Assembly: GCA_965220745.1 (NCBI GenBank)
Contig: CBDCQT010000007.1
Coordinates: forward strand, 1 to 64,000
Direction of reading: 5' to 3'
DNA length: 64,000 nucleotides
Source: Alphaproteobacteria bacterium
GTDB lineage: Bacteria; Pseudomonadota; Alphaproteobacteria; UBA828
Shown here: piece by piece, positions 20,372 to 31,817 of the stretch
Layout: the number at the start of each line of letters is the position of its first letter
Position numbering within the stretch: the first letter of the stretch is position 1
The notes under the pieces: model-generated
What the model was told of the DNA's origin: nothing
What the model saw: only the letters and a program-made list of their open reading frames with translations
Databases searched by the model: none
Program-made: the position numbers and the translations under genes

Positions 20372-22792
20372 TTGGTAGCGACCGCCGCACGCGAAGCGCG
20401 CACGCCTCTCCTTCCTTCGGGCTCGGGGCCGTTCTTTGCCCGCCGTCTGAGTGAACTGGCGGGGCTCGCGCTCATCGCCCTCGCCGCCGTCATCGTGGTC
20501 GCCCTGGTCAGCTATTCTGCGGCCGACTCCTCGTTCAACAGCGCCAGCAGCAACGCGTCGGCCAATCTGATCGGCCGCCCCGGAGCCTACGGTGCGGACC
20601 TTTTACTGCAGTGGTTCGGCCTTGCCGCTGCTCTGGTGCCGGCAATCCTCGCGGCCTGGGCCTGGGCCCTGCTCAGCCATCGTGGGCTGAACCGGCGGCT
20701 GGTGCGCTTCGCCCTGGCACCTCTCTCCATCCTGCTCGCTGCCATCGGCTGCGCATCGGTGGGCATTGCCGACTGGCCGACTGCGGCTGGCGCCGGCGGG
20801 GCCGCCGGCAAGATGGTGCTCTCCGCGCTTGGCCCACTCGGGCTCGACGGCCTCGATTTGGGAGGCGGTTCCGGAATGGCCGCTGCCGGCGTCGGCGCGA
20901 TCTTCCAGATCGCTGCCGCTGTTGCTCTGGTCTTTGCGCTCGGCGTGCCGTGGCGCGAATGGCGCGCACTGTTCCGGGGCGCCTATTGGCTCTTGCGCGG
21001 CGTGGTCCTCTGCGCCGTCTGGGCTCTCCGCTGGTCCTCCGGCAGGAGCGGCGATCGGGCGGCCGGCGTCGAGGACGACGAGGAGACCGCCCCCGCACGA
21101 AAACCACGCCGCCTCGCCCGATCTGCCGAGAAAACCACGCGCCGGCGCGAGCCCAGCCTGCTTCCGCCGGCGCCGGGAGAGGTCGAGGAACGGCCGGCCG
21201 AGCCCAGCATCGTCGAGAAGCCTCGACGCAGGGTGAAGCCCGGCAAGCGGGAGAAGAAGGAGCGTCAGCCCGCACTCGACCTTGAGGACAGCGCAGAATA
21301 CACGTTGCCGGCGCTCGCGCTTCTCGCCGACGCGGATGGCGCCAACGCGGCGCCCAACGCGAGCGAAGACGCGCTCAAGCAGAACGCGGAGATGCTGGTC
21401 TCCGTGCTCGAGGATTTCCGAGTCTTCGGAGAGATCACGCAGGTCAGGCCGGGGCCCGTGGTCACGCTCTACGAGCTTGAGCCGCAGCCCGGCACGCGCA
21501 CCTCGCGGGTGATCGGGCTCGCCGACGACATCGCGCGCTCGATGAGCGCGATTTCGGTCCGTGCGGCGACGATTCCCGGGCGCAGCGTCATCGGCATTGA
21601 GCTTCCCAACGGCCAACGCGAAACCGTGCTGCTGCGCGAGCTGCTGGCGAGTGCCGCTTACGAGAGCACCGAGTACAGCCTCACACTCGCGCTCGGCAAG
21701 GACATCGGCGGCAACCCCGTGGTCGCCGACCTCGCGCGCATGCCCCACCTGTTGGTTGCCGGTACCACCGGCTCGGGCAAGTCGGTCGCGATCAACAGCA
21801 TGATCCTGTCGCTGCTCTATCGGCTGCCGCCGGACCAGTGCAAGCTGATCCTCATAGACCCCAAGATGCTGGAGCTTTCGGTCTACGACGACATCCCGCA
21901 TCTGCTCACGCCGGTGGTGACCGAGCCGGCCAAGGCGGTCGTCGCGCTGAAGTGGACCGTGCGGGAGATGGAGTCCCGCTACAAGGCGATGTCGAAGCTC
22001 GGGGTGCGCAATATCTCCGGCTACAACAAGCGGCTCGCCGAAGCTCGCGCGAAGGGCGAGCAGCTCACCTGGCGGGTCAACGTCGGCATGGATGCCGAGA
22101 CCGGCGCGCCGATCCACGAAGAATTCGAGATCGACCCCACGCCGATGCCGTTCATCGTCGTCGTCGTCGACGAGATGGCCGACCTCATGCTCGTCGCCGG
22201 CAAGGACATCGAAGGCGCGGTGCAGAGGCTGGCGCAGATGGCGCGCGCCGCCGGCATCCACCTGATCATGGCGACACAGCGGCCCTCGGTCGACGTCATC
22301 ACCGGCACGATCAAGGCCAACTTCCCAACGCGGATCAGCTTCCAGGTCACGTCCAAGATCGACAGCCGCACCATCCTCGGCGAAGCGGGCGCCGAGCAGC
22401 TGCTGGGCCAGGGCGACATGCTCTATCTCAGTGCCGGCGGGCGCGTGGCGCGGGTGCACGGGCCCTTCGTCAGCGATGCCGAAGTCGAGCGGGTGACCGA
22501 CTTCCTGCGCGCCAACGGGCGTCCCAACTACATCGAGGGGATCACCGAGGAGCCCGAAGCGACCGCCGCCGGGATCGACGAGGGCGGCGACGAGGACCCG
22601 CTCTATGACCGGGCCGTGGCGCTGGTCGCGGCCGAGCGCAAGGCCTCCACCAGTTTCGTGCAGCGCCATCTCCAGATCGGCTACAACCGCGCCGCCCGGA
22701 TCATCGAGCGGATGGAGAGCGAAGGCGTCGTCAGCCAGGCCAACCATGTCGGCAAGCGCGAGGTGCTGATCTCCGACCACTCGGCCGACTAA
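20372..22792 (+). CDS. ftsK: DNA translocase FtsK
   Basis: 4-TM N-terminus, AGTTGSGKS Walker [20 protein letters not shown] and gamma domain IGYNRAARI. Confidence 0.97.
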   Translation: MVATAAREARTPLLPSGSGPFFARRLSELAGLALIALAAVIVVALVSYSAADSSFNSASSNASANLIGRPGAYGADLLLQWFGLAAALVPAILAAWAWALLSHRGLNRRLVRFALAPLSILLAAIGCASVGIADWPTAAGAGGAAGKMVLSALGPLGLDGLDLGGGSGMAAAGVGAIFQIAAAVALVFALGVPWREWRALFRGAYWLLRGVVLCAVWALRWSSGRSGDRAAGVEDDEETAPARKPRRLARSAEKTTRRREPSLLPPAPGEVEERPAEPSIVEKPRRRVKPGKREKKERQPALDLEDSAEYTLPALALLADADGANAAPNASEDALKQNAEMLVSVLEDFRVFGEITQVRPGPVVTLYELEPQPGTRTSRVIGLADDIARSMSAISVRAATIPGRSVIGIELPNGQRETVLLRELLASAAYESTEYSLTLALGKDIGGNPVVADLARMPHLLVAGTTGSGKSVAINSMILSLLYRLPPDQCKLILIDPKMLELSVYDDIPHLLTPVVTEPAKAVVALKWTVREMESRYKAMSKLGVRNISGYNKRLAEARAKGEQLTWRVNVGMDAETGAPIHEEFEIDPTPMPFIVVVVDEMADLMLVAGKDIEGAVQRLAQMARAAGIHLIMATQRPSVDVITGTIKANFPTRISFQVTSKIDSRTILGEAGAEQLLGQGDMLYLSAGGRVARVHGPFVSDAEVERVTDFLRANGRPNYIEGITEEPEATAAGIDEGGDEDPLYDRAVALVAAERKASTSFVQRHLQIGYNRAARIIERMESEGVVSQANHVGKREVLISDHSAD

Positions 22793-22846
22793 GTCCAGAT
22801 TCGCCTACGATTGTTTGCGCTGCCCGCGCACCCTACATTCCACGGC

Positions 22847-23506
22847 ATGCCGATATTGATCCGCGCTGCTGCGCTCCTCTGCCTCGCCCCGATTCTCGCC
22901 GCGTGGCTCGCCGCCGCCCAGCCGGCGCAGGCCCAGCAGTCTGCCTCTGTCGTCTTGGATGAAACGCAGGAGGAGACGCTCGCCGCCGTCGAGCGCTATC
23001 TCAACGGGCTCCAGACCCTGAGGGCGGACTTCACGCAGGTAGGGCCGAAGGGCGAGGTCGCCGAAGGGGTGATCCATATGCGCCGGCCGGGGCTGCTTCG
23101 CGTGGAATACGCGCCGCCGGTGCCGGTGCTCATCGTGGGTGATGGGTTGTGGATCCACTACCACGATAAGGAGCTCGGCCAGGTCAACGACTGGTTCATC
23201 TACGAGACCCCGCTCGGCGCACTCACCAGGGAAGTGACGCGCTTCGGCGAGGACGTGGAAGTCACCGCAGTCGAAGAGCGCGACGGGCGCATCGAGATCA
23301 CCGTGGTGCACGAGGACGATCCCAGGGGCGGGAGCCTGACCCTGATCCTGGAAACCGAGCCGCTACGCCTGACACATTGGCGGGTGATCGATGCCCAGGG
23401 GCTCGTGACCACCGTCTCCCTGCACGATCTCAAAACCAATATCAGGCTGCCGCGCAGGCTCTTCGTGTTCGACGATCCGCGCACGAAGCGTCCTCAGCAC
23501 CGCTAG
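22847..23506 (+). CDS. lolA: Outer-membrane lipoprotein carrier LolA family
   Basis: Signal peptide and LRADFTQ...RRPGLLRVEY. Canonical position after ftsK. Confidence 0.85.
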   Translation: MPILIRAAALLCLAPILAAWLAAAQPAQAQQSASVVLDETQEETLAAVERYLNGLQTLRADFTQVGPKGEVAEGVIHMRRPGLLRVEYAPPVPVLIVGDGLWIHYHDKELGQVNDWFIYETPLGALTREVTRFGEDVEVTAVEERDGRIEITVVHEDDPRGGSLTLILETEPLRLTHWRVIDAQGLVTTVSLHDLKTNIRLPRRLFVFDDPRTKRPQHR

Positions 23507-23559
23507 TACGCGGCCGCCCGGCCGTTCGGAGGCAGGGCTTGAAGCAGCGGTCGCTGCCA

Positions 23560-24900
23560 ATGGGTGAGTGGGCCTGGCACCGTCGGGTCTGGCGCCTAGC
23601 TTGGCCGATGGTGGTCTCCAACCTGTCGATTCCGCTGCTCGGCGCGGTCGATACGGCGGTCATCGGCCATCTGCCCGAGCCCCACTTCCTCGGTGCCGTC
23701 GCGGTCGGTGCGCTGATTTTCAACACCGTCTATTTCGGCTGCAACTTCCTGCGGATGGGCACCACAGGTCTCACCGCCCAGGCCTTCGGCGCCCGCGACT
23801 GGAACGAGACCCGTGCCATGCTCGCTCGTGCGCTCCTGATCGCGCTCGTGCTCGCGGTCGTTCTCCTGGCAGCGCAGAGGCCGATCGGTTGGCTCGCCTT
23901 CTATCTGGTCGAGCCGAGCGAGGCGGTCGCCGGCGAGGGCATGCGCTACTTCTTCATCCGCGTCTGGGGAGCGCCTGCCACGCTCGCCAATATCGCGCTC
24001 GTCGGCTGGTTCATCGGGATGCAGAACACCCGCGCGGCGCTGGCGCTGCTGCTGACGGTGAACGGTATCAACATCGTGCTGGACCTGGTGCTCGTGCTCG
24101 TCTACGAGCTCGGCGTCCCAGGCGTCGCGTGGGCCACGGTAGCCGCCGACTACTCCGGGCTGATCCTCGGCCTCGTCGTCACCGCACGCCTTGTCCAACG
24201 CCACGGCGGCCGGTGGCATGCGCGCCTCGTACTCGACGCTGCCGCCATGCGGCGATTCCTCGGCATCAACCGCGACATCTTCCTGCGCACGCTCTTCGTG
24301 ATCACGGCGTTCGCGTTGTTCACGACATTGAGTGCACGCCAGGGCGATGTGGTGCTCGCCGCGAATGCCGTGCTGCTCAACTTCGTCATTTTCCTCAACT
24401 TCGGATTCGACGGTTTCGCCTTCGCCGTCGAGGCGCTCACCGGCCGCGCCCTCGGCGCCAGGCGGCGCGACGATCTAACCCAAGCCATCCGGGCCTGCTT
24501 CTTCTGGTGCTTCGCGCTTGCCCTCCTCACGGTCGCCGTCTACGGCCTCGCCGGTGCGCCGATCATCCGCGTGCTCACGGATATCGAGGACGTGCGCGCC
24601 GTGGCTTACGATTTCCTGCCCTGGTTGATCGCACTGCCGCTGGTGGCAGTCTGGGGCATCTTCCTCGACGGCGTGTTCACCGGCACCACGCGCACCGCTC
24701 ACATGCGCAACAATATGATCCTGGCGTTCGCGGTCTTCACCCCCTGCGCCTGGCTGCTGCGCGAGCCGCTGGGCAATCACGGGCTCTGGCTCGCGATGAC
24801 GCTGCTTTACGTGGTGCGGGGCGCGGGGCTCGGCGCCATCTATCTGGGCATCCAACGGCGCGGCGACTTCTTGTCCGCAGGCGAGCCCCGTGATAGCTGA
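23560..24900 (+). CDS. MATE-family efflux transporter (DinF-like)
   Basis: LAWPMVVSNLSIPLLGAVDTAVIGH, FLRMGTTG and GNHGLWLA. Confidence 0.9.
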   Translation: MGEWAWHRRVWRLAWPMVVSNLSIPLLGAVDTAVIGHLPEPHFLGAVAVGALIFNTVYFGCNFLRMGTTGLTAQAFGARDWNETRAMLARALLIALVLAVVLLAAQRPIGWLAFYLVEPSEAVAGEGMRYFFIRVWGAPATLANIALVGWFIGMQNTRAALALLLTVNGINIVLDLVLVLVYELGVPGVAWATVAADYSGLILGLVVTARLVQRHGGRWHARLVLDAAAMRRFLGINRDIFLRTLFVITAFALFTTLSARQGDVVLAANAVLLNFVIFLNFGFDGFAFAVEALTGRALGARRRDDLTQAIRACFFWCFALALLTVAVYGLAGAPIIRVLTDIEDVRAVAYDFLPWLIALPLVAVWGIFLDGVFTGTTRTAHMRNNMILAFAVFTPCAWLLREPLGNHGLWLAMTLLYVVRGAGLGAIYLGIQRRGDFLSAGEPRDS

Positions 24901-24906
24901 GCCGGC

Positions 24907-25722
24907 ATGACCGCGCCGCCGGTTCCCCTGATCGGCCTCCCCGCCTGTGTGCGGGATATCGGCATCCACCCCTTCCACGTCGTCGGCGACAAGTACATGC
25001 GAGCGGTGGTCGATGCAGCCGGCGGGCTACCCGTGGCTGTGCCCGCGCTCGGCGGGGCGCTGGACCAGGACGCGGTGCTGGACCGCTGCGACGGCCTGCT
25101 CTTCACCGGGAGCCCCTCCAATGTGGAGCCCGTCCACTACGATGGGCTACCGAGCGCCGACGGCACGCTCCACGACCCGGAGCGCGACGCCACCACGCTG
25201 CCCTTGATCCGCAGCGCGATCGACACAGGGATTCCCATTCTGTGCATTTGCCGCGGCTTCCAGGAGCTCAACGTCGCCCTCGGCGGCAGTCTCCATCAGG
25301 AGGTTCACAACCTGCCGGGGCGGATGGACCACCGCTCGGACGAGGACCAGCCCCGCGACGTGCAGTACGGGCCGATCCACGAAGTGACGTTGACTGCCGA
25401 CGGGCTGCTGGCGTCGCTCTGGCCCGCGCCAGAGGTCATGGTCAATTCGCTGCATGCCCAGGGGATCAACAGCCCCGCGCCGCGGCTCGCGATCGAGGCG
25501 GTCGCGCCTGACGGCCAGATCGAGGCGGTGCGCGTCAGCGACGCCCCCTCATTTGCCCTCGGCGTCCAGTGGCACCCCGAGTGGAAGGTGACGGAGGATG
25601 CGTTCTCGACGGCGATCTTCGGCGCATTCGGAGACGCCGCGCGGGCTCGGGCCGCCTCCCGCTTGGGTGCTTCTGCCGCTGACTCCAGCTCGATTCCCCC
25701 GGACCCCGCCTGTGGCGCCTGA
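24907..25722 (+). CDS. Gamma-glutamyl-gamma-aminobutyrate hydrolase (PuuD-like, peptidase C26)
   Basis: TGSPSNVEP, CICRGFQELNV, VNSLH and GVQWHPE. Confidence 0.9.
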   Translation: MTAPPVPLIGLPACVRDIGIHPFHVVGDKYMRAVVDAAGGLPVAVPALGGALDQDAVLDRCDGLLFTGSPSNVEPVHYDGLPSADGTLHDPERDATTLPLIRSAIDTGIPILCICRGFQELNVALGGSLHQEVHNLPGRMDHRSDEDQPRDVQYGPIHEVTLTADGLLASLWPAPEVMVNSLHAQGINSPAPRLAIEAVAPDGQIEAVRVSDAPSFALGVQWHPEWKVTEDAFSTAIFGAFGDAARARAASRLGASAADSSSIPPDPACGA

Positions 25723-25739
25723 CCAGCGCTGATCGCGGC

Positions 25740-25774
25740 CTAGCGCGTGTCCGTCTAAGACAGACACGCTCTAA
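25740..25774. terminator. CTAG/CTAA-bounded hairpin between convergent genes (terminator or MITE footprint)
   Basis: GCGTGTC-C-GTCT / AGAC-A-GACACGC inverted repeat. Confidence 0.4.
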
Positions 25775-25787
25775 GCGTGCAGGTGTG

Positions 25788-26657
25788 TCACGGTTGCCGG
25801 GCGCAGTGCTGGTAGGTCTCGGGCCGGCGGTCGCGGAAGAACTGCCACGTGTCGCGGACCTCGCGAATCTGGTCGAGGTCGAGCTCGGCAACCACCAGTT
25901 CGTCGTCCTGATCGCCACCCTGCGCCAAGATCTCGCCGCGCGGATTACAGAAGTAGCTGGAGCCGTAGAACACGTGGTTGCCGAAGCTCGGCTCGGTGCC
26001 GACGCGGTTGTTGGTGCCGATGAAGATGCCGTTGGCGATGGCGGCCCCCACCTGCTCCAGGTTCCAGATGTGATCGCTGAGGCCCTTGAAGGTCGCCGAC
26101 GGGTTGAACACCAGCTCCGCGCCGCCCAATGCGAGCGCGCGCCAGCCCTCGGGGAAGTGGCGGTCATAGCAGATATAGACCCCGACCTTGCCGACGGCCG
26201 TATCGAACACCGGGTAGCCGAGATCGCCGTAAGCGAAATAATGCTTCTCGTCGTAGGGCCCGATCTTCGGAATGTGAATCTTGCGGAACTTGCCGAGGTA
26301 GCTGCCATCCGCATCGATCACCGCGGCGGTGTTATAGAACTTGCCACTGTGGTCGCGCTCGTAGACCGGCGAGACGATGACCATGCCGTGCTTCTTGGCC
26401 GCGTCGCACATCGCCTGGGTGGTGGGCCCGTCCGGCACCGCCTCGGCGGACTCGAACCACTTTTCGTCGATGGTGGCGGGGAAGTAGGGCGCGTTGAAGA
26501 CCTCCTGGAGCCCGAGAACCTGCACGCCCTTTTGCGCCGCCTCCTCGATAAGCGTCATGTGCGCGGCGACCATCTTGTCGCGGATCGTCTCGATGGAGTC
26601 CGTCGCCGGGTCCCCCTTCAGGTTCATCTGAATGAGGGCTGCCTTGACCTTGCGCAT
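25788..26657 (-). CDS. Nitrilase-superfamily N-carbamoyl amidohydrolase (beta-ureidopropionase-like), copy 2
   Basis: GLQEVF, FRKIHIP and YICYDRHFPE give the Glu-Lys-Cys triad; also NNRVG and FYGSSY. Confidence 0.88.
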   Translation of the reverse strand: MRKVKAALIQMNLKGDPATDSIETIRDKMVAAHMTLIEEAAQKGVQVLGLQEVFNAPYFPATIDEKWFESAEAVPDGPTTQAMCDAAKKHGMVIVSPVYERDHSGKFYNTAAVIDADGSYLGKFRKIHIPKIGPYDEKHYFAYGDLGYPVFDTAVGKVGVYICYDRHFPEGWRALALGGAELVFNPSATFKGLSDHIWNLEQVGAAIANGIFIGTNNRVGTEPSFGNHVFYGSSYFCNPRGEILAQGGDQDDELVVAELDLDQIREVRDTWQFFRDRRPETYQHCARQP

Positions 26658-26681
26658 GAAAGCCTCCTCTCGCTCGCCCGC

Positions 26682-27560
26682 TCAGACCTGCCACGATGCC
26701 ACTGCGCCGTAGGTCTCGGGTCTGCGATCGCGGTAGAACTTCCACCCGTCCCGCACCTCAGCGATCATGGTGAGGTCGAGATCGGCGGTGACCAGCGCGT
26801 CCCGATCGTCCGGACCCTGGTCGAGTATCTCGCCGCGCGGATTGACGAAGTAGCTGGAGCCGTAGAAGTAGCCGGTGTTCCACGGCGTCTCCATGCCGAC
26901 GCGGTTGTTGGCGCCGATGTAGACGCAGTTCGCCACCGCGGCCGCCGGCTGTTCCAGGTTCCAGAGATGGTCGCTCAGGCCCCGCGCGGTCGCAGACGGG
27001 TTGAAGATCACCTCGGCGCCGTTCATGGCGAGCTCGCGCCAACCTTCGGGGAAGTGCCGGTCGTAACAGATGTAGACGCCGACCTTGCAGAACGCGGTCT
27101 CGAAGACCGGATAGCCGATGTCGCCCGGCTTGAAGTAGTACTTCTCGCAGAAGCCGACGACGTGGGGGATATGAATCTTGCGGAACTTGCCGAGGTAGCG
27201 CCCGTCTGCGTCGATCACGGCGGCGGTGTTGTAGTAGACGCCGGTCTGCGCCTCCTCATAGACCGGCACCACCATCGCCATGCCGAGGCGCGCGGCTTCC
27301 GTCCGCATGCGCTGGACCGTCGGCCCGTCGGGCACCCGCTCCGCGGTGCGGTACCAGGAGTTGTCCTGCACCGCGCCGATGTAGGGCAGGTTGAAGAGCT
27401 CCTGCAGGCCCAGAACTTGCACGCCTTCGCTCGCCGCTTGCTCGATCAGGGGCAAGTGGGCTGCGATCATCTTCTCGCTGATCTGCTCGGGCGTGTCGTG
27501 CTCGACCTCGCCCTTGAGGCTCATCTGGATGAGCCCGGCCTTCACCGTCGCCATCGCCAC
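26682..27560 (-). CDS. Nitrilase-superfamily N-carbamoyl amidohydrolase (beta-ureidopropionase-like), copy 1
   Basis: GLQELF, FRKIHIP, YICYDRHFPE and RDRRPETY. Confidence 0.88.
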   Translation of the reverse strand: MAMATVKAGLIQMSLKGEVEHDTPEQISEKMIAAHLPLIEQAASEGVQVLGLQELFNLPYIGAVQDNSWYRTAERVPDGPTVQRMRTEAARLGMAMVVPVYEEAQTGVYYNTAAVIDADGRYLGKFRKIHIPHVVGFCEKYYFKPGDIGYPVFETAFCKVGVYICYDRHFPEGWRELAMNGAEVIFNPSATARGLSDHLWNLEQPAAAVANCVYIGANNRVGMETPWNTGYFYGSSYFVNPRGEILDQGPDDRDALVTADLDLTMIAEVRDGWKFYRDRRPETYGAVASWQV

Positions 27561-27633
27561 CGCTCCCTCGCTACACCGAAGCCGGCAGCCTAGCCCGGAA
27601 CGCCTACCGGGGTCACGGTCCGCGCGTCGCGCG

Positions 27634-29043
27634 TCACAAGTTGGGTCGGTGCTGACGCCAGGGGCGCGCCTCTTCGAGCGCGGCGCCGATGCGGAGCACG
27701 GTCAGGTCGTCGAAGCGGCGGCCGACGATCTGCAGGCCCGTGGGCAGCCCGTCGGCGGAGAAGCCCGAAGGAAGCGAGAGCGCGGGCAGCTTGAGCGCGT
27801 TGAACTGCATGGTCATGTCCATGCTCTGGTGCCGGCCGTCGGCGTCGTCCCCCATGGAGCCAAGCTCATCGTAGTCGACCGTGGGTGCCGGGATCGCCTC
27901 GGTCGGGCAGAGCAGGGCGTCGCAGCGCTCGAGGATGGGGCGCAGCGTGTTCCAGGCCTCGGTGTAGACGGTCTCGGTCTTCATCAGATCGACCGCGCTC
28001 ATGCGTTGGCTCTCCTCCATCGACGCGACGACGGAGGGGTGCATCCTGTCCCGCCAGCGCTCCAGATGGTGGCCGAAATGCGTGGCCTGGAACACGCCCC
28101 AGTAGGCCCACCACGCCTCGTTGAACGCCGCGCTCCAGCCGAGCTCGACGGGCTCGATCTCCGCCCCTGCCTGCGCGAGGGCATCGGCGGCCGCGCGAGT
28201 GTTCGCCTCCACATCCGCATCGATCCGGTAGTAGCCGAGGTCGATGGAGAGCGCGAGGCGCAGGCCGCGCATGTCGCTGGGCGGCGGCACGTCGACCGAG
28301 AGAGCGGGTGCCAACGTATTCAGGTCGCGCTCGTCCGGCCCCTGGCAGAGCTTCAGGAACAACGCGGCATCGGCCACGGTGCGCGAGAGCGGGCCGTGGC
28401 AGCACATGTAGTCGAACTGGGTCGGCAGGAACTCGAACGGGATCCGGCCGGAACTGGGCTTCAGCCCGACGCAGCCGCTGTGAGACGCAGGGATGCGCAC
28501 CGAGCCGCCGGCATCCGAGCCTTCCGCCAGCGGCACGCAGCCGGCGACCACGGCAGCGGCGGAGCCGCCGGACGAGCCGCCCGGCGTGCGGTCCGGGTTC
28601 CACGGATTGCGGGTGATGCCCCACAAGGGACTGTCCGTAAGGCTGGAGAAGGCGAACTCGGGCGTCGTGGTCTTGCCCACCATGATGGCGCCCGCATCGC
28701 GTAGACGCTGCACCACGAGCGCGTCGTAGTCCGGCACCCAATCCTTGTAGGCGTGAGAGCCGAAGGTCGTCGTCTTGCCCCTGGTGGGCGTGAGGTCCTT
28801 GATGGCGATGGGCACGCCATGCAGAGGCCCCACATCGTTGCCCGCGGCGATCGCCCGCTCCGCCGCCCGCGCCTGCTCGATCGCCTCCTCGGGGTAAGTG
28901 AAGCAGAAGCAGTTGAGCGTGGGGTTGACCTCCTCGATGCGCTCAAGCGCGTTCGTCACCAGCTCGACCGGCGAGAGCGAGCCGTCCCGAATTAGAGTGG
29001 CCGCCTCCGTCGCCGAGAGGTAGGAGAGGTCGTCGTCGCTCAT
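27634..29043 (-). CDS. Amidase (amidase-signature family)
   Basis: HGVPIAIKD and GGSSGGSAA...GSDAGGSVRIPAS. Confidence 0.93.
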   Translation of the reverse strand: MSDDDLSYLSATEAATLIRDGSLSPVELVTNALERIEEVNPTLNCFCFTYPEEAIEQARAAERAIAAGNDVGPLHGVPIAIKDLTPTRGKTTTFGSHAYKDWVPDYDALVVQRLRDAGAIMVGKTTTPEFAFSSLTDSPLWGITRNPWNPDRTPGGSSGGSAAAVVAGCVPLAEGSDAGGSVRIPASHSGCVGLKPSSGRIPFEFLPTQFDYMCCHGPLSRTVADAALFLKLCQGPDERDLNTLAPALSVDVPPPSDMRGLRLALSIDLGYYRIDADVEANTRAAADALAQAGAEIEPVELGWSAAFNEAWWAYWGVFQATHFGHHLERWRDRMHPSVVASMEESQRMSAVDLMKTETVYTEAWNTLRPILERCDALLCPTEAIPAPTVDYDELGSMGDDADGRHQSMDMTMQFNALKLPALSLPSGFSADGLPTGLQIVGRRFDDLTVLRIGAALEEARPWRQHRPNL

Positions 29044-29080
29044 CGCTCCCGGCTCTCCTACGGCCCCGGCCGTCGCGGCG

Positions 29081-30580
29081 CTATGACATCATGGGGAAGG
29101 AGAGGTCGATGCCCGAGCGGATGCCAGTCGGCCAGCGCGAGGTCACGGTCTTGAGCTTGGTGTAGAAGCGCACGCCTTCCATGCCGTGCATGGCGTGGTC
29201 GCCGAAGAGCGAGCGCTTCCAGCCGCCGAAGCTGTGGTAGGCGACAGGCACAGGGATCGGCACGTTGATGCCGACCATGCCGATCTCGACCTTGTTCGCA
29301 AACTCGCGCGCGGCATCGCCGTCGCGGGTGAAGATCGCGACCCCGTTGCCGAACTCGTGCTCGTTCACCATCTGCACCGCGGCATCGTAGTCTGGCGCGC
29401 GGACCACGGAGAGCACCGGCCCGAAAATCTCCTCCTTGTAGATGCGCATGTCGGGCGTGACCCGGTCGAACAGGCAGGGCCCGATGAAGTAGCCGTTCTC
29501 GTAGCCCTGGAGCGAGAGGTCGCGGCCGTCGATCACCAGCTCCGCGCCTTCGTCGACCCCGATGTCCACGTAGCCCCGCACCTTGTCGTAGTGCGCCTTG
29601 GTCACCAACGGCCCCATGTCTGCCTCGCCGTCGGTGCCGGGCCCCACCTTGATGCTCTCGATCTTGGGCTTGAGGTCCTCGATCAGCGCATCGCCCACCT
29701 TGTCGCCGATGGCGACGGCGACCGAGACCGCCATGCAGCGCTCGCCGGCGGAGCCGTAGGCCGCGCCGATGAGGGCATCGCTCGCCATTGTGAGGTCGGC
29801 GTCCGGCATGACCACCGCGTGATTCTTGGCGCCGCCCAACGCCTGCACCCGCTTACCGTGGGCGCAGCCGGTGTGATAGACGTACTCGGCGATGGGCGTG
29901 GAGCCCACGAAGCTCACCGCGGCGATGTCCGGGTGGGCGAGGATCGCGTCCACCGCCTCCTTGTCGCCGTGGACGACGTTGAAGACGCCGTCGGGGCAGC
30001 CGGCCTCCTTCAGCCATTCGGCGAGCATCATCGCGGCCGTGGGGTCCTTCTCCGACGGCTTGAGGATGAACGTGTTGCCGCAGGCGATGGCGACCGGGAA
30101 CATCCACATCGGCACCATGGCCGGGAAGTTGAAGGGCGTGATGCCGGCGACCACGCCGAGCGGCTGACGGCTGGAGAAGCTGTCGACGCCGGTGCCGACC
30201 GACTGGGTGAAGTCGCCCCGCAGCAGGTGCGGGATGCCGCAGGCGAACTCCAGCACCTCCATCCCGCGGGAGACAGAGCCCATCGCGTCCGAGAGCACCT
30301 TGCCGTGCTCGCGCGTTATCACCCGGGCCAAGTCCTCCTTGCGGCTCTCGACCAACTCCTTGAACGCGAAGATCACCCGCGCCCTCTGAATGGGGGGCGT
30401 CGCGGCCCAGCCGGGCGCAGCGTCCGCTGCCGCCTGTACAGCGCTCTCTACCTCGTCTGAGCTGGCGAAGGGCACGTGCGCGACCACCTCGCCGGCGGCC
30501 GGGTTGTAGACGTCGCCGAAGCGCCCGGACGCGCCCGCCTGGGCGGCGCCGTTGATCCAGTGAGTGAGCGTTGTAGTCAT
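29081..30580 (-). CDS. mmsA: CoA-acylating (methyl)malonate-semialdehyde dehydrogenase
   Basis: [31 protein letters not shown] and EEIFGPV. Start ATG 30580. Confidence 0.93.
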   Translation of the reverse strand: MTTTLTHWINGAAQAGASGRFGDVYNPAAGEVVAHVPFASSDEVESAVQAAADAAPGWAATPPIQRARVIFAFKELVESRKEDLARVITREHGKVLSDAMGSVSRGMEVLEFACGIPHLLRGDFTQSVGTGVDSFSSRQPLGVVAGITPFNFPAMVPMWMFPVAIACGNTFILKPSEKDPTAAMMLAEWLKEAGCPDGVFNVVHGDKEAVDAILAHPDIAAVSFVGSTPIAEYVYHTGCAHGKRVQALGGAKNHAVVMPDADLTMASDALIGAAYGSAGERCMAVSVAVAIGDKVGDALIEDLKPKIESIKVGPGTDGEADMGPLVTKAHYDKVRGYVDIGVDEGAELVIDGRDLSLQGYENGYFIGPCLFDRVTPDMRIYKEEIFGPVLSVVRAPDYDAAVQMVNEHEFGNGVAIFTRDGDAAREFANKVEIGMVGINVPIPVPVAYHSFGGWKRSLFGDHAMHGMEGVRFYTKLKTVTSRWPTGIRSGIDLSFPMMS

Positions 30581-30617
30581 CGAATTCCCCCGATTCTCGT
30601 CGGTTCGTGGCGCCGGG

Positions 30618-31745
30618 CTAGGCGGCGAGTGCGCGCTCCGGCGCAAGGTAGTCGTGGCCGAGGTCGAGCGCGACGGCCTCGTGGGTGACGCGCCCCTGGC
30701 AGACATTGAGACCGTGCATGAGGTGATCATCGTCGCGCATGGCCTGCTGCCAGCCTTTCCCCGCAAGCGCCAGCACGAAAGGCAGCGTCGCGTTGCTGAG
30801 CGCGAAGGTCGAGGTGCGGGCCACGGCACCCGGCATGTTGGTGACGCAGTAATGCAGGACGTTGGCCACCTTGTAGGTGGGATCGGCATGGGTGGTCGGC
30901 CGGCTGGTCTCGAAGCAGCCGCCCTGGTCGATCGCCACGTCGACCACGACGGCGTTGCGGCGCATCTCGTCCAGCATGTCGCGGCGCACCAGCTTGGGCG
31001 CGGCCGCGCCGGCGATGAGCACCGCGCCGATCACCAGGTCGGCGTTGTTCACCGTCTCCTCGATGGCCTGGACGGTCGAGTAGACGGTCGTGGCGCTGGC
31101 GCCGAAGATCTCTTCAAGCTGGCGGAGGCGCGGGATCGAGCGGTCGATGATCGTGACCTGCGCGCCCATGCCGACGGCCATGCGGGCTGCGTGCGTGCCC
31201 ACCACGCCGCCGCCCAGGATCACCACGTCGGCCGGCGGCACGCCGGGGACGCCACCGAGCAGCACGCCCCGACCCCCCTGCTCCTTCTCAAGGCAGTGGG
31301 CGCCAGCCTGGATCGACATGCGGCCCGCGACTTCGCTCATGGGCGCGAGCAGCGGCAGGCCGCCCCGCGCATCGGTCACCGTCTCGTAGGCGATGGCGAT
31401 GCAGCTGGAATCGATCAGGGCGTCGGTCTGGGCGGCATCGGCCGCGAGGTGGAGATAGGTGAAGAGCACCTGGTCGGCCCGCAGCATGGCGCATTCGTCC
31501 GGCGAGGGCTCCTTCACTTTCACGATCATCTCGGCCGTGCCGAAAATCTCCGCCACGTCGGACACCACCTGGGCGCCGGCGCGCTCGTAATGCACGTCGA
31601 GGAGCCCGATTTCGGTCCCGGCGTCCTTCTCGACCATGACCCGATGGCCGTGCTGCACGAGCTCGCGCACGCCGCCGGGTGGGATGCCGACGCGGTACTC
31701 GTGGACCTTGGTCTCCTTGGGAACGCCGATGAGCATGGCCGTCAT
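30618..31745 (-). CDS. ald: Alanine dehydrogenase
   Basis: [38 protein letters not shown] and NMPGAV. Confidence 0.96.
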   Translation of the reverse strand: MTAMLIGVPKETKVHEYRVGIPPGGVRELVQHGHRVMVEKDAGTEIGLLDVHYERAGAQVVSDVAEIFGTAEMIVKVKEPSPDECAMLRADQVLFTYLHLAADAAQTDALIDSSCIAIAYETVTDARGGLPLLAPMSEVAGRMSIQAGAHCLEKEQGGRGVLLGGVPGVPPADVVILGGGVVGTHAARMAVGMGAQVTIIDRSIPRLRQLEEIFGASATTVYSTVQAIEETVNNADLVIGAVLIAGAAAPKLVRRDMLDEMRRNAVVVDVAIDQGGCFETSRPTTHADPTYKVANVLHYCVTNMPGAVARTSTFALSNATLPFVLALAGKGWQQAMRDDDHLMHGLNVCQGRVTHEAVALDLGHDYLAPERALAA

Positions 31746-31817
31746 TTCCCCAATTGATAATGGCGCCCGCCGTGGCCGCCCATGCGGCCCGCTCGGCGTG
31801 GCTGTCGTGGCCGGTGG

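Noticed and set aside
30581-30889. Extended 602-aa mmsA, and similarly extended proV, soxG and MATE ORFs
   Set aside because: The extensions overlap upstream genes in another frame, and internal starts give normal-length proteins.
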